Shown here piece by piece: positions 51,481-64,000 of a DNA stretch of 64,000 nucleotides; position 1 is the stretch's first letter, and each line of letters begins with the position of its first letter. The position numbers and the translations under genes were made by a program. The notes below the pieces were generated by a model. It ran no database searches. It saw only the letters and a list, made by a program, of their open reading frames with translations, and was not told the origin of the DNA. Origin of the DNA: Octopus sinensis (taxonomy: Eukaryota); NCBI RefSeq assembly GCF_006345805.1, contig NC_043022.1:18848001-18912000 (forward strand), in the 5' to 3' direction.

Positions 51481-51963
51481 TGGTGAGTGTAGCTTGATGA
51501 GTGTAGTTTGGTGAGTGTAGTTTGGTGAGTGTAGGATGGTGAGTGTGGTTTGGTGAGTGTAACTTGGTGAGTATAACTTGGTGAGTGTAGCTTGGTGAGT
51601 GTAGCTTGGTGAGGGTAGTTTGAGGAGTGTAGTTTGGTGAGTGTAGTTTGGTGAGTGTAACTTGGTGAGTGTAGCTTGGTGAGTGTAGCTTGGTGAGTGT
51701 AGTTTGATGAGTGTAGCTTGGTGAGTGTAGCTTGGTGAGTGTAGTTTGATGAGTGTAGCTTGGTGAGTGTAGCGTGGTGAGTGTAGTTTGGTGAGTGTAG
51801 TTTGGTGAGTATAACTTGGTGAGTGTAGCTTGGTGAGTGTAGCTTGGTGAGTGTAGTTTGATGAGTGTAGCTTGGTGAGTGTAGCTTGGTGAGTGTAGTT
51901 TGATGAGTGTAGCTTGGTGAGTGTAGTTTGATGAGTGTAGCTTGGTGAGTGTAGTTTGATGAG
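51481..51963. repeat. 14-bp minisatellite (CTTGGTGAGTGTAG)n, ~34 copies
   Basis: directly visible; three units give the 14-aa periodicity seen in the ORF track. Confidence 0.95.
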
Positions 51964-52167
51964 GTGAAGAAAAAAACATCGGAGGCATTAAGAGGCTCCG
52001 CTTCACAAGAGTTCCAGCACTGCTTCAAACAATGGAAAAACGTGTCTGGACCGATACACTGCTTCAAACGGAGAATACTTTGAAGGTGGTAAAAGTGTAA
52101 ACATGCAAAAACTAAGGGAACAGAATAATATTGTAAAATTTCAGGTTCTTTTGAACACCCCTCATAT
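51955..52167 (+). mobile_element. mariner 3' fragment
   Basis: FQHCFKQWK...NGEYFEG near the end, then TIR-like ttttgaacacccctcata. Confidence 0.75.
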
Positions 52168-52576
52168 ATTGTGTATTTATTTTGTTCATTGTCCAAGGCG
52201 GCGACCTGGCAGAAACGTTAGCACGCCGGGCGAAATGCTTAGCGGTATATCGTCTGCCGTTACGTTCTGAGTTCAAATTCTGCCGAGGTCGACTTTCCCT
52301 TTCATCGTCTCGGGGTCGATAAATAAAGTACCAGTTTCGCACTAGGGTCGATGTAATCGACTTAATCCCTTTTTCTGTCCTTGTTTGTCCCCTCTATGTT
52401 TAGCCCCTTTTGTTCTCGTCACCGTCCACAATATTTGTTCCCTGTTCCCAGCAGCTTTTCACCCAAAAATAACAATATTATTGTTACAGATGATAACTGA
52501 AGAGGAAAGAAGACATCCGTGTCTTGTGTGTGAATTTTCTGTTCGTATCTTGGTCGTGTTTCTGCTCAATTTTTTT

Positions 52577-52613
<37 letters not shown>

Positions 52614-52984
52614 GTACACTCACATACACACATGTACACTCACACATACAAGTCTTCAGTTTCAGAAACAAGGGAGAGAAAACAAGGGAGTTGATTCTTT
52701 TCAAAAATCCGTGAAGAGTCGCCTCCCCTCAAACAAGATACCGAATTTTGATGGCCTAAAAACACCCGAACACATCACAAACAGCCCAATTTCAGAAGCG
52801 CATATTTGGGAGGCGGGGAACATTTTTAGTGCATGAAAGCTTATGAGATCTAAGCCGATTCTTATGAGAAATTTTTTGTTGGGGTGGGGATTTAGGTGGT
52901 GGCTAAAAACGTGTATCTTATATGCCATCAAACACGATATTTTTCTTACACGGAAACCGATATTATAATAGAAATGATATTTAC

Positions 52985-53116
52985 CTGTGGGGCAGTCGTT
53001 TTTATAGCATTTCTTGACATCAAATGATGAAGTGATGAATGGGTTCTTAGTTCCTCTGGTACAAGGCAAACACTCGTCACAGTTACCATTCCGCTCACAC
53101 GTTTTCACATAAGAAC
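52985..53116 (-). CDS. TNFR-like receptor exon 3 (cysteine-rich)
   Basis: tctag|GSYVKTCERNGNCDECLPCTRGTKNPFITSSFDVKKCYKNDCPT|gtaaa; 132 nt, phase 1-1; CxPCxxGT motif. Confidence 0.9.
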
Positions 53117-53638
53117 CTAGAAAATTCCAAGAGTAGAAAAATTCAAAAATGAACCAAAGAGAAAATTCAGAAACTCAGATTAGTCACAGCTGTTTCAGCT
53201 ATGCCTGTTGATGAGATTGAACCATGAACACAACACAAATGCATGGGCGAAATAGCCGTAAGCCTATAATGAATAAATAAATGTATGTAACCCGTAATTT
53301 TTGTTTATTTTATAGATCAGTCAGTGAATTGGGTAATGCGGCCATGGATTTACAAATTTGACTGGTGATGGACTTTAGTTTTGCCTTTCAGATTTTGGAT
53401 TACCTGGAGTACAACTGGTGTTGGCATGTCTACATCCCTGTCAATTAGCAGTTTAGCAAAAGGGACTAACGGAATTAGTACGAGGCTTAACAAACAAGTC
53501 TGGGGCTTGATTAATTTGAGGTAAAAATTTCAAGGCAGTGCTCCAGCATGGCCGCAGTCAAATGACTGAAACGAATGACTTAAAAGAGTAAAAGAGTAAA
53601 TATGTGAATGAAATTTATGCATTTATGTGAAATATTAC

Positions 53639-53723
53639 CTGCTGGACAATGCAAAACTGGTCTACAGCATTTGTCACCATGCTTCAACTGACCTCTAGGA
53701 CAATCGCGTGTTGCTGTAATGAT
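53639..53723 (-). CDS. TNFR-like receptor exon 2 (start of cysteine-rich domain 1)
   Basis: ttcag|IITATRDCPRGQLKHGDKCCRPVLHCPA|gtaat; 85 nt, phase 0-1; CC-x-CPAG pattern of TNFR CRD1. Confidence 0.9.
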
Positions 53724-54270
53724 CTGAATTGAAAGAGGGAAAGGAATTACAGGGATCAGTGGAAGTCATTCCCTAAAAAGAGGTTTGTAAAAGGATTGAC
53801 AGGCACACACAAACCAATAACTTACATGATATATATATATCATCATCATCATCATCATCATCGTTTAACGTCCGTTCTCCATGCTAGCATGGGTTGGACG
53901 GTTCGACCGGGGTTCTGGGAAGCCAGAAGGCTGCACCAGGCTCCAGTCTAATCTGGCAATGTTTCTACAGCTGGATGCCCTTCCTAACGCCAACCACTTA
54001 ATCCAAACAAGAAAGCACAAAAAAACACAACGTGAGGACGTGGAACAAATATAGTATAATTGGATGCTCAGGAAAGAAGGAAAGAAGGAGGGTTTAACGT
54101 TTCGAGCGGAGCTCTTTGTCGGAAACATAGGAGAAGGAAAGATCCAGAGAAGGGAAGACAGGGGAAAAAAACTGCCAACGGTACACACGCGGTCACACAT
54201 ATATATGTATGTACGTATGTATGTATGTATGTGTATGTATGTGTGTATATATGTACATATATATATATGC

Positions 54271-54312
<42 letters not shown>

Positions 54313-55362
54313 GTATGTATGTATGTATGTATATATATGTTTATATAGTAAATTTAAATTACAATGAGCGTAAACAAACAAACGTTTGATTCCAATCTGC
54401 AATGCAAACATTCCAGGCCATGTGGAAATATAATTTTGCTTGGAAAAAAGATAAGTGTTTGTGACAGGAAAGGCATTGCATCTGGAGAAAATTTACCTCA
54501 ATTTATTGCCTGACAATGACGTGATGGTGACGACGACGACGACAATGATGATGGTTATGATGATGATGCGTGTGTGTGCACGTAAGTGTCTGTGGGAGTG
54601 ATAGACTTATATCTGGTATCCAAATCTAGTCACATGACCTGCCAGACTATCAGATGTTGTTACACACTGCTGGTCACAATGCGCTTTGAGTTGCAATCAC
54701 TAGTGCTCACTCCAAACACCATGATGTTGACTGGATGTTTGATTTTTATCACTCTCGGTACATATCCTCAGATTGATACCCAAACGCTCTCAAATGTTCA
54801 TATTGGAGCTTCTGGTGCAGATGCCAAGCAGTGCAGCATGTCGTTTCCAAATTTCTGTCTGAGTGAATTGCGTCATGGTGCTGTTTTGCTTACAGACGGT
54901 GCCCAACTGACCCTACCATACTGTGTAGTCGACAAAATCAAAAACAAACAATGTGCATGTGTGAAATTAAAAATATAAAATTATAAAATGGCAATAATTT
55001 GTCCATCGCACCCTATATTTTTTACCTTTTATTTGTTTTAGTCATTAGTCTCTGGCCATGCCGGAGCACCACCTGGAAGAGTTTAAATTGACAGGTGTGT
55101 GTTTGTGTGTGTATGTGCATGTGTGTGTGTGTGTGTGCATGTGTGTGTGTGTTTGTTTGTGTGTGTGTGTGCGTGTGTGTGTGTGCGTGTGTGTGTATGT
55201 GTGTGTGTGCCTGCATGTATGTATGCATGTGTGTGTGTGTGTGCGTATGTGTGTGTGCGTGTGCATGTGTTTGAATGCGTGTGTGTGTGCGTGCGTGCGT
55301 GTATGTGTGTGCACATGCACGTGTGTGTGTGTTTGAGTGTGTGTGCATGTGCATGTGTTTGA

Positions 55363-55393
<31 letters not shown>

Positions 55394-55499
55394 TGTGTGT
55401 GTGTGCATGTGTGTGTATGTGTGCGTGCGTGAGCTCGTGTGTGTGTATGCATGTGAAAGAATGTCCATGGAAAGTGAGCAAGACAGTAAATGCACCTAC

Positions 55500-55568
55500 C
55501 TGCAGGCAAAGAACACAGAACAGCAATAGAATGAGGTTGGAGTTCGTGATGGAAGTTGTGGCTTTCAT
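55500..55568 (-). CDS. TNFR-superfamily-like receptor, coding exon 1 (signal peptide)
   Basis: ATG at 55568, [23 protein letters not shown]|gtagg; an acceptor (gacag) 6 nt upstream of the ATG implies a further 5' UTR exon. Confidence 0.85.
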
Positions 55569-56371
55569 TCTTGCCTGTCAGAGAAATAGAAGCAGACATT
55601 TTTGTTTTGATCGAAAAGGGTAAAAAGAACAAACATCAACAACAACAACAACAACAACAAAAGCAGCAGCAGCAGCAGCAGCTAAATGACCCAACAGTGT
55701 GTGTCTTGACCAGCTAGAAACAGCAGCAAAATCTGCCTAAAATCACTCTAATGTCTTTTGGAAATTGAAGGATAGTGTGGACTAAGATACAGTTAAAGAC
55801 TTGTGGTGGATGGTCATAGCTGGAGAGCTATTCATCATACTTCTGTTTATGATCAGAACTGACCCAGGGTTAAACAATGACATCAACAACAACTTTGAAA
55901 AAAGTTTTATAATAGAGTCATTCAGATGATTAGAAATGATAGTTAAATCTCACTCACGTCACACTGTGCTAACTACAAAATGGGAAGGACACATTACATA
56001 TTATAGTCCGAAATATGAATGAAAGACATGATGGTCAAGGCCGGAATGCCTATTGATCATAGGCGTGCTGACACAGGTCTGACCTGGTGTTATACAACAT
56101 CAATATCAAAGAGCACATTTGACAATGTAGTCCTAGATATACCTTCTTTTACTTTTTCAACTTGTTTCACTCATTGAACTCTGGTCATGCTGGAGCATTG
56201 CCTTGAAGAACTACAGTTCAAAAAATTGACTCCAGTTCAGAAAAGGTATTTGATTTAAGGCCAGTTGCTTAGCCCCTTGGTCTCTTTTGCTGAATGCAAT
56301 GACCAGTGGTCTTAGGTGGATGGTCAGTTGTCTTAACTTCATGCTTACTGGATTTAACATTATTATTATTA

Positions 56372-57365
56372 GAAGTCTTAGGCTTTATGATCAGAGTCCC
56401 TAAATTTATGATTAGAGGCCTTAAATTTATGATTAGAGGTTTTAAATTTAAGATTAGAGGTCTTAACTTATTGTCTTAGCTTTTTGATCAGAGGCCTTAA
56501 CTTTATGATTAGAGGCCTTAAATTTATGATTAGAGGTTTTAAATTTAAGATTAGAGGTCTTAACTTATTGTCTTAGCTTTTTGATCAGAGGCCTTAACTT
56601 TATGATTAGAGGCCTTAAATTTATGATTAGAGGTTTTAAATTTAAGATTAGAGGTCTTAACTTATTGTCTTAGCTTTTTGATCAGAGGCCTTAACTTTAT
56701 GATTAGAGGCCTTAAATTTATGATTAGAGGTTTTAAATTTAAGATTAGAGGTCTTAACTTATTGTCTTAGCTTTTTGATCAGAGGCCTTAACTTTATGAT
56801 TAGAGGCCTTAAATTTCTGATTAGAGGTTTTAAATTTAAGATTAGAGGTCTTAACTTATTGTCTTAGCTTTTTGATCAGAGTCCTTAACTTTATGATTAG
56901 AGGCCTTAAATTTATGATTAGAGGTTTTAAATTTAAGATTAGAAGTCTTAACTTATTGTCTTAGCTTTTTGATCAGAGTCCTTAACTTTATGATTAGAGG
57001 CCTTAAATTTATGATTAGAGGTTTTAAATTTAAGATTAGAGGTCTTAACTTATTGTCTTAGCTTTTTGATCAGGGGCCTTAGCTTTATGCTTAGAAGTTT
57101 TCACTTTCTGATTAGAGATCTTAACTTTATGATCAGTGGCCTTACTTTATGATCAGAGGTTTCAATTTTATGATTAGAGACCTTAATGCTATGATTAGAG
57201 GTCTTAATTTATGATTAATTGTTTTAGCTTTTTGATCAGAGGTCGTAACTTTATGATTAATGGTTTTAACTTTATGATTAGAGGTCTTATGATTAATTGT
57301 TTTAGCTTTATGATCAGGGGCTGTAACTTTATGATCAGAGGTCTTAACTTTATGATTAGAAGCCT
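56372..57365. repeat. 21-bp satellite with a 97-bp higher-order repeat
   Basis: tcttaacttattgtcttagc recurs at 56461, 56558, 56655, 56752, 56849, 56946, 57043. Confidence 0.92.
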
Positions 57366-57584
57366 CAACAGTCTGGTACTTATTCTATCAGTCTCTTTGC
57401 CGAACCACCAATTTACAGGGACATAAACAAACCAACACTGGTTGTCAAGCGGTGATGGGGGAACAAACACACTGACACACACACACGTCACGTGACCATG
57501 ATAGTACCAACTATAAGCCTGCATGCGCAGAAGGCAGTGTGACATTAAAGATAAGTTATGGTGAAATGCAGATAATGCAGTTTC

Positions 57585-58735
57585 TTATTTCTTTATTGCC
57601 CTCAAGGGGCCAAACACAGAGAGGACAAACAAGGACAGACAAACGGATTAAGTCGAATATATCGATCCTAGTGCCTAACTGGTACTTAATTAATTGACCC
57701 CGAAAGGATGAAAGGCAAAGTTGACCTCGAGGGAATTTGAACTCAGCACGTAATGGCAGATGAAATACCTATTTCTTTACTACCCACAGGGGTCTAAACA
57801 TAGAGAGAACAAACAAGGACAGACAAACGGATTAAGTCGATTATATCGACCCCAGTGCCTAACTGGTACTTAATTAATTGACCCCGAAAGGATGAAAGGC
57901 AAAGTTGACCTCGGCGGAATTTGAACTCAGAATGTAACGGCAGATGAAATACCTATTTCTTTACTACCCACAGTGGGCTAAACACAGAGGGGGGACAAAC
58001 AAGGACAGACAAAGGGATTATGTCGATTACATCGACTCCAGTACGTAACTGGTACTTAGTTTATCGACCCCGAAAGGATGAAAGGCAAAGTCGGCCACGG
58101 CGGAATTTGAACTCAGAATGTAACGGCAGATGAAATACCTATTTCTTTACTACCCACAGTGGGCTAAACACAGAGGGGGGACAAACAAGGACAGACAAAG
58201 GGATTATGTCGATTACATCGACTCCAGTACGTAACTGGTACTTAGTTTATCGACCCCGAAAGGATGAAAGGCAAAGTCGGCCACGGCGGAATTTGAACTC
58301 AGAATGTAACGGCAGATGAAATACCTATTTCTTACTACCCACAGTGGGCTAAACACAGAGGGGGGACAAACAAGGACAGACAAAGGGATTATGTCGATTA
58401 CATCGACTCCAGTACGTAACTGGTACTTAGTTTATCGACCCCGAAAGGATGAAAGGCAAAGTCGGCCACGGCGGAATTTGAACTCAGAATGTAACGGCAG
58501 ATGAAATACCTATTTCTTTACTACCCACAGTGGGCTAAACACAGAGGGGGGACAAACAAGGACAGACAAAGGGATTATGTCGATTACATCGACTCCAGTA
58601 CGTAACTGGTACTTAGTTTATCGACCCCGAAAGAATGAAAGGCAAAGTCGGCCACGGTGGAATTTGAACTCAGAACGTAACGGCAGACGAAATACCGCTA
58701 AGCATTTCGCACGGCATGCTAACGGTTCTGGCAGG
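57585..58735 (-). mobile_element. head-to-tail hexamer of family B SINE (~185-bp period)
   Basis: one unit carries the 5' head (to ~58735); five head-less units are joined at aagaaata|ggtatttc. Confidence 0.88.
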
Positions 58736-59125
58736 TAGATAGTTTCTGCCTACCAAATCCACTCACAAAGCTTAGGCTTTATTAGAAAATACTTTCCCAA
58801 GCTACCTTGCAGTGGGATTGAACCTGAAACTATGTGGTTCAGAAGCAAGCTTTTTACCACACAGCCATGCCACTTTATTTATTTTTTTTTTTATTTTGAT
58901 GTTTATCTTCCTTGGAATCATTAATTGATGTGACATGTTTAAGATATTCCTGTTGGATTGTTATTTTTAGGAGTGCTTAATTTAACATTTATCAGTCTAA
59001 TTACACTAAATTAGATTCCGTTCCCCATTCTCTAATGATTTCAGCTAATTTAGTTGTGCATAATTCATTTGTACTGTACTGTCTGTCTGTATGTCTGTCT
59101 CTCATTCTCTCTCTCTCTCTCTTTC

Positions 59126-59167
<42 letters not shown>

Positions 59168-59169
59168 AT

Positions 59170-59244
<75 letters not shown>

Positions 59245-59614
59245 TCTTTCATTTGTTATATGAAGCAATAAAAATGTTAAGACTTATGGAAGGCTTGTAC
59301 AGGAATGTAATATATAAAAAGCAGGTTGCCAAACATCTGCATAAACAGGTTCAGTTAGAGGAATTTCGCTTTGACAAATTCCATCTGACTGATGCAGACA
59401 TGGAAATGGGAACATAAAATAATGATATAAATATGTGTGTGTGTATATATGTATATATACATGTATATATATATATATATCCCATTTTCTATTCATTTAT
59501 TCATATATATATAAATAAATGTGTGTGTGTATATATATATATATTATATATACATTTATTCATATTATATATGCACACACACATCTATCTATCCATCTAT
59601 CTATCTATATATAT

Positions 59615-59719
<105 letters not shown>

Positions 59720-59730
59720 ATTATATATAT

Positions 59731-60506
59731 ATAATTTCAACAATTGAGGGTAAAATTAATTAATTATTAATCAATTTCACCAAGTATTCAGTATGCAAAG
59801 GACCATTTAAGGCAATTCAAATTATTACATTATATAAAAGGGCTTAGTAAAATAAATTACTTTGCCGCATACTGAACTCATTAGAAATAGTAGCTAAAAA
59901 AACTTTTTTAAAACTATTTCTAATACTTAAAGAAAACCTCTCTCATATAGTGTTTGCTCAATTCAACTCACGAAAGTATGGGGGTAAAGACATTAAAAAA
60001 TCAAATGCAAAGGTTATTTGAGAACGTACGTTTCAAGATTAGTCAACTCGACATTTCTATCATCAGCTCAGAACTCCTTGGTTTGGATTTGAAAACACTG
60101 AAAGTGGGAGCATACCCTTTCGGCTTCTTATCGCTTCTGAAGATCTGCTCGAAACTAACAGTGCCAGCAAACTCAAATATGCAAGCGAAGAATTTCTGCT
60201 CTCCCCTTTCCACCAGCGTGGGTTAAAATCAGTAAACACTATGCTTTTTTCGGTAAAATCCGAGGCATTAAATAGAGAGAGATGAATTATAATTTCAACA
60301 ATTGAGGGTAAAATTAATTAATTATTAATCAATTTCACCAAGTATTCAGTATGCAAAGGGACCATTTAAGGCGAATTCAAATTATTTCATTATATAAAAG
60401 GGCTTAGTAAAATAAATTACTTTGCCGCATACTGAACTCATTAGAAATAGTAGCTAAAAAAACTTTTTTAAAACTATTTCTAATACTTAAAGAAAACCTC
60501 TCTCAT
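59731..60506. repeat. ~217-bp direct repeats flanking ~340 bp, embedded in (TA)n
   Basis: 59731-59946 is nearly identical to 60289-60506. Confidence 0.85.
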
Positions 60507-60509
60507 TAC

Positions 60510-60547
<38 letters not shown>

Positions 60548-60597
60548 GCATAAATGTGTGTTTATACATATGTGAGTGTGTGTATATATATATACAT

Positions 60598-60628
<31 letters not shown>

Positions 60629-60677
60629 CTGATACACACATACTTCCTTACATATGTAAATATTGATAGATAGATAT

Positions 60678-61203
60678 ATACGGGGGTTGGACAAAATAAT
60701 GGAAACACCTAGCATCATAGCATCATAATTTTGAAATATCCATAAAATTGTCAAAAGCTTATTTATTTTTATGTTTTTTGATTTATTATTAGTGTTGCTT
60801 AACATGTTTTGCTGTTTCTTTTCAGATATCATCAGAAAAAGGTAATTCAAATTTATTAAAATGACAGATCTATCGGACTTTCAAAGAGGTCAAATTGTTG
60901 GTGCTTGTATGGCAGGTGCTAGCATAACGAAAACAGCTGAAATGTTTTGTGTATCAAGAAGTACTGTCTCGAAAGTAATGACAGCCTTTGAGCTGCAATA
61001 AAAAAAACCACTACTTTCAAAAACAAACATTGCAAAGCATTTTGAGTGGAGTAAAAACCTACAGAATTGGTCCCTAGAGCAGTGGAAAAATGTTATTTTC
61101 TCGGACGAGTCAACCGTTACCATATTTCCGACCACCGGCTGAAAATTCGTGTGGAGACAGCCAAAAGAAGCATTTGACCCAGGCAAACTTCTTCCAACTG
61201 TTA
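60678..61203 (+). mobile_element. Tc1-like transposon 5' fragment, internally deleted
   Basis: TIR-like tacgggggttggacaaaataatggaaacacc; MTDLSDFQRGQIVGA...VSRSTVSKV from 60861, then QWKNVIFSDES. Confidence 0.88.
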
Positions 61204-61208
61204 GACGT

Positions 61209-61251
<43 letters not shown>

Positions 61252-61412
61252 AAGATAGATAGATAGACAGATAGATAGATAGACAGATAGATAGATAGAT
61301 AGATAGATAGAAAGATAGATAGATAGACAGATAGATAGATAGACAGATAGATAGATAGATAGATAGAAAGATGATAGATAGATGATAGATAGATAGATGG
61401 ATAGATAGATAA

Positions 61413-61452
<40 letters not shown>

Positions 61453-61456
61453 AATT

Positions 61457-61496
<40 letters not shown>

Positions 61497-62104
61497 TTTC
61501 TTTATTGGCCACACAGGGCTGCACACAGATGGACAAGTTACAAATTAGAACTTTTCTTTTGGGGGATGAAAAAAACAAAAAGCAAAATACAAAAGAAACA
61601 AAAAAAAAGGTGGCGTAGGTTTTCGATCAAAAGGGATCGTAAAAGGAAAAAAAAAAAAAAGGAAAAGGAACAAAAGAAAAGAGAAATGAAAAAAAAAAGA
61701 AGAAAAAAGGGCGAGATAGATAGATAGATAGAGAAAGAGATGATAGATAGACAGATTAGTTAAATTAAAAAAAAAAATAATAAGATAGACATATCCATAT
61801 TTACTTTGTTTCATAGGCCTACACATGTATGTATCCTTTTCTGATGTAAATCCTGCTTTCATAGAACACAAGATGTTGGCACTTCAATGCTATACTGCCA
61901 TATAACTGAAGCAGATAATAGTGCTAGTTTTTATCACACACCACACACACACACACACTCTCACACACTCTCACACACTCACACAATAGTGATGATAATA
62001 ATTATAATACACTTCCGCCTTCACACACACATACTAAGCTCATGTAACGAAAGCAGAAGTACTTAAATGTGTTTATGAGTGTGTGTGTGTGCGTGTGCGC
62101 ATGT

Positions 62105-62150
<46 letters not shown>

Positions 62151-62376
62151 GTGTGTGTGTGCGTGTGCGAATGGAAACAGAAGTGGATGGATATGTTCAT
62201 CTACGTGTGTGTGTGTGTGTGTGTGTGTGCGTATATACGTGTGTTTGTGTCTCTGTGTGTGCGTGTGCATGTGTGTGTGTGTGCGTGTGTGTGAATGGAA
62301 ACAGAAGTGGAATTATATGTTCATCTACGTATGTGTGTGTGTATATGTGTATGTTTGTGTGTGTGTGTGTGTTTGT

Positions 62377-62432
<56 letters not shown>

Positions 62433-62483
62433 GCTGTACACATTCATAGATGTTACACTATAGCTTTCGAGGTAGATAAATGA

Positions 62484-62567
62484 GAGACCCACATAAATAT
62501 GAGACCCACATAAATATGAGACCCACATAAATATGAGACCCATATAAATATGAGACCCACATAAATA
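62484..62567. repeat. 17-bp minisatellite, 5 copies
   Basis: gagacccacataaatat at 62484, 62501, 62518, 62535, 62552. Confidence 0.9.
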
Positions 62568-62779
62568 CGTGCCTAGCAAGATATCACATGGTGGAGTAGT
62601 GTTTCTAACAACAAGGCTTGTATGTATGTTTATAGGTTATTTCCAGTTGTTGTGCCCTTCACACTGTTTCATGTCACATCTCATTTCCTGTTTAGTTCCC
62701 CTTTTAGTTCTGCCCCAGTTTCTATCCCAAATCCTATTATTTTTTTTTTTTTTACTTTTATTTATCTCCGTCATTTATA

Positions 62780-62880
62780 TATAATGAAATTATTGTATAC
62801 GATGCTCAGGTGCACTACATCTTTCCTAAAGTCATGGGAGCTGTGCTGTTTTCTGACTTATAGCATACATTTGGAATATT

Positions 62881-62914
<34 letters not shown>

Positions 62915-63600
62915 AACTATTGTATACAGTGCTCAGATGCACCACAACTTGTCAAAAAGTGCATATAAAGCATAAGCAGTAATGTGCAAATGTCTGGAGA
63001 GCGAACAGTGTATGAGTCAGATAGATGCTTGCGTGTGTATGGAAGGGGGAAAAGATCAGGTGTAGTGTTGGCGAATCTCAGGAAGCATGGAAGTTTTGAA
63101 GGATGCAGTGCTCCGACAACTAACAACTGATGCCGGCAGTTTTTTCCATGCTTTGGCAACTCTCAGCGTGAAAAAATGTTTCCTAAAGTCATGGGAGCTG
63201 TGCTGTTTTCTGACTTATAGCATACATTTGGAATATTTATATAATAATGATAATAATAATAATAATAATAATAATGAAATTATTGTATACAGTGCTCAGG
63301 TGCACCACAACTTGTCAAAAGTGCATATAAAGCATATGCAGTAATGTGCAAATGTCTGGAGAGCGAACAGTGTATGAGTCAGATAGATGCTTGCGTGTGT
63401 ATGGAGGGGAGAAAATCAGGTGTAGTGTTGGCGAATCTCAGGAAGCATGGAAGTTTTGAAGGATGCAGTGCTCCGACAACTAACAACTGATGCCGGCAGT
63501 TTTTTCCATGCTTTGGCAACTCTCAGCGTGAAAAAATGTTATCTAAAGTCATGGGAGCTGTGCTGTTTGCTGATTTTGTAAATATGTCCACGGGTGTTTG
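62780..63600 (-). mobile_element. tandemly repeated CR1-type LINE 3' ends (~360-bp period)
   Basis: FFTLRVAKAWKKLPASVVSCRSTASFKTS motif twice; units separated by (TAA)n. Confidence 0.8.
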
Positions 63601-63826
63601 ACTGCGGCCATGCTGGAGCACTGCATTTAGTCGAGCAAATCAAACCCCAAGACTTATTCTTTGTAAGTCTAGTACTTATTCTATCGGTATCTTTCGCCGG
63701 ATTGCTAAGTTACAGGGATGTAAACACACCAACATCGGTTGTCAAATGATGTTGGGGGAGGGGACAAACACAGACACATAAACACAAACACACACACACA
63801 CACACATATATAGGTGCAGGAGTGGC

Positions 63827-63859
<33 letters not shown>

Positions 63860-64000
63860 GGAGGCACATGGCCTAGTGGTTAGAGCAGCAGACTCGTGGT
63901 CGAGGGGTCGCGGGTTCAAATCTCAGACCGGGTGATGTGTGTGCTTATGAACGAAACACCTAAGCTCCACGCAGCTCCGGCAGAAGGTAATGGCGAACTT

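Noticed and set aside
51297-52196. 299-aa ORF with a 14-aa repeat
   Set aside because: Read-through of a mariner relic and a 14-bp minisatellite into real exon 4; only 51323-51448 has splice support.
56372-58735. Regular repeat arrays as CRISPR-like loci (also 2820-3170)
   Set aside because: No unique spacers and no cas genes; eukaryotic satellite and SINE multimers.

Overview
Eukaryotic, AT-rich, repeat-dense genomic DNA with no prokaryotic features. The tRNA-SINE families and microsatellite load suggest an octopod cephalopod (inference). Two convergent spliced genes can be reconstructed with GT-AG sites and consistent exon phases. (1) The last 8 coding exons of RCC2/TD-60 lie on + (1617-11355; the 5' part is upstream of the window). 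(2) A complete 14-coding-exon gene on - (55568-32364, 526 aa by my count) encodes a TNF-receptor-superfamily-like type I membrane protein: signal peptide, 20-Cys ectodomain, Ser/Thr stalk, one TM helix and a death-domain-less tail built largely from frame-symmetric cassette exons, including two 18-nt microexons. The rest is SINEs, LINE fragments (RTE, CR1, R4/Dong-like, Tx1-like), Penelope-like elements with hammerhead ribozyme motifs, mariner/Tc1 relics, MITEs, a Helitron and satellites. Most notable: a U6 snRNA 3' end fused to a truncated SINE, an RTE insertion whose flanking ~146-bp duplication copies an RCC2 exon, intronic hammerhead fold-backs, and an inverted duplication bracketing the receptor's YxxM/SH3-motif exon. 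All coordinates and translations were derived by hand; repeat boundaries are approximate.
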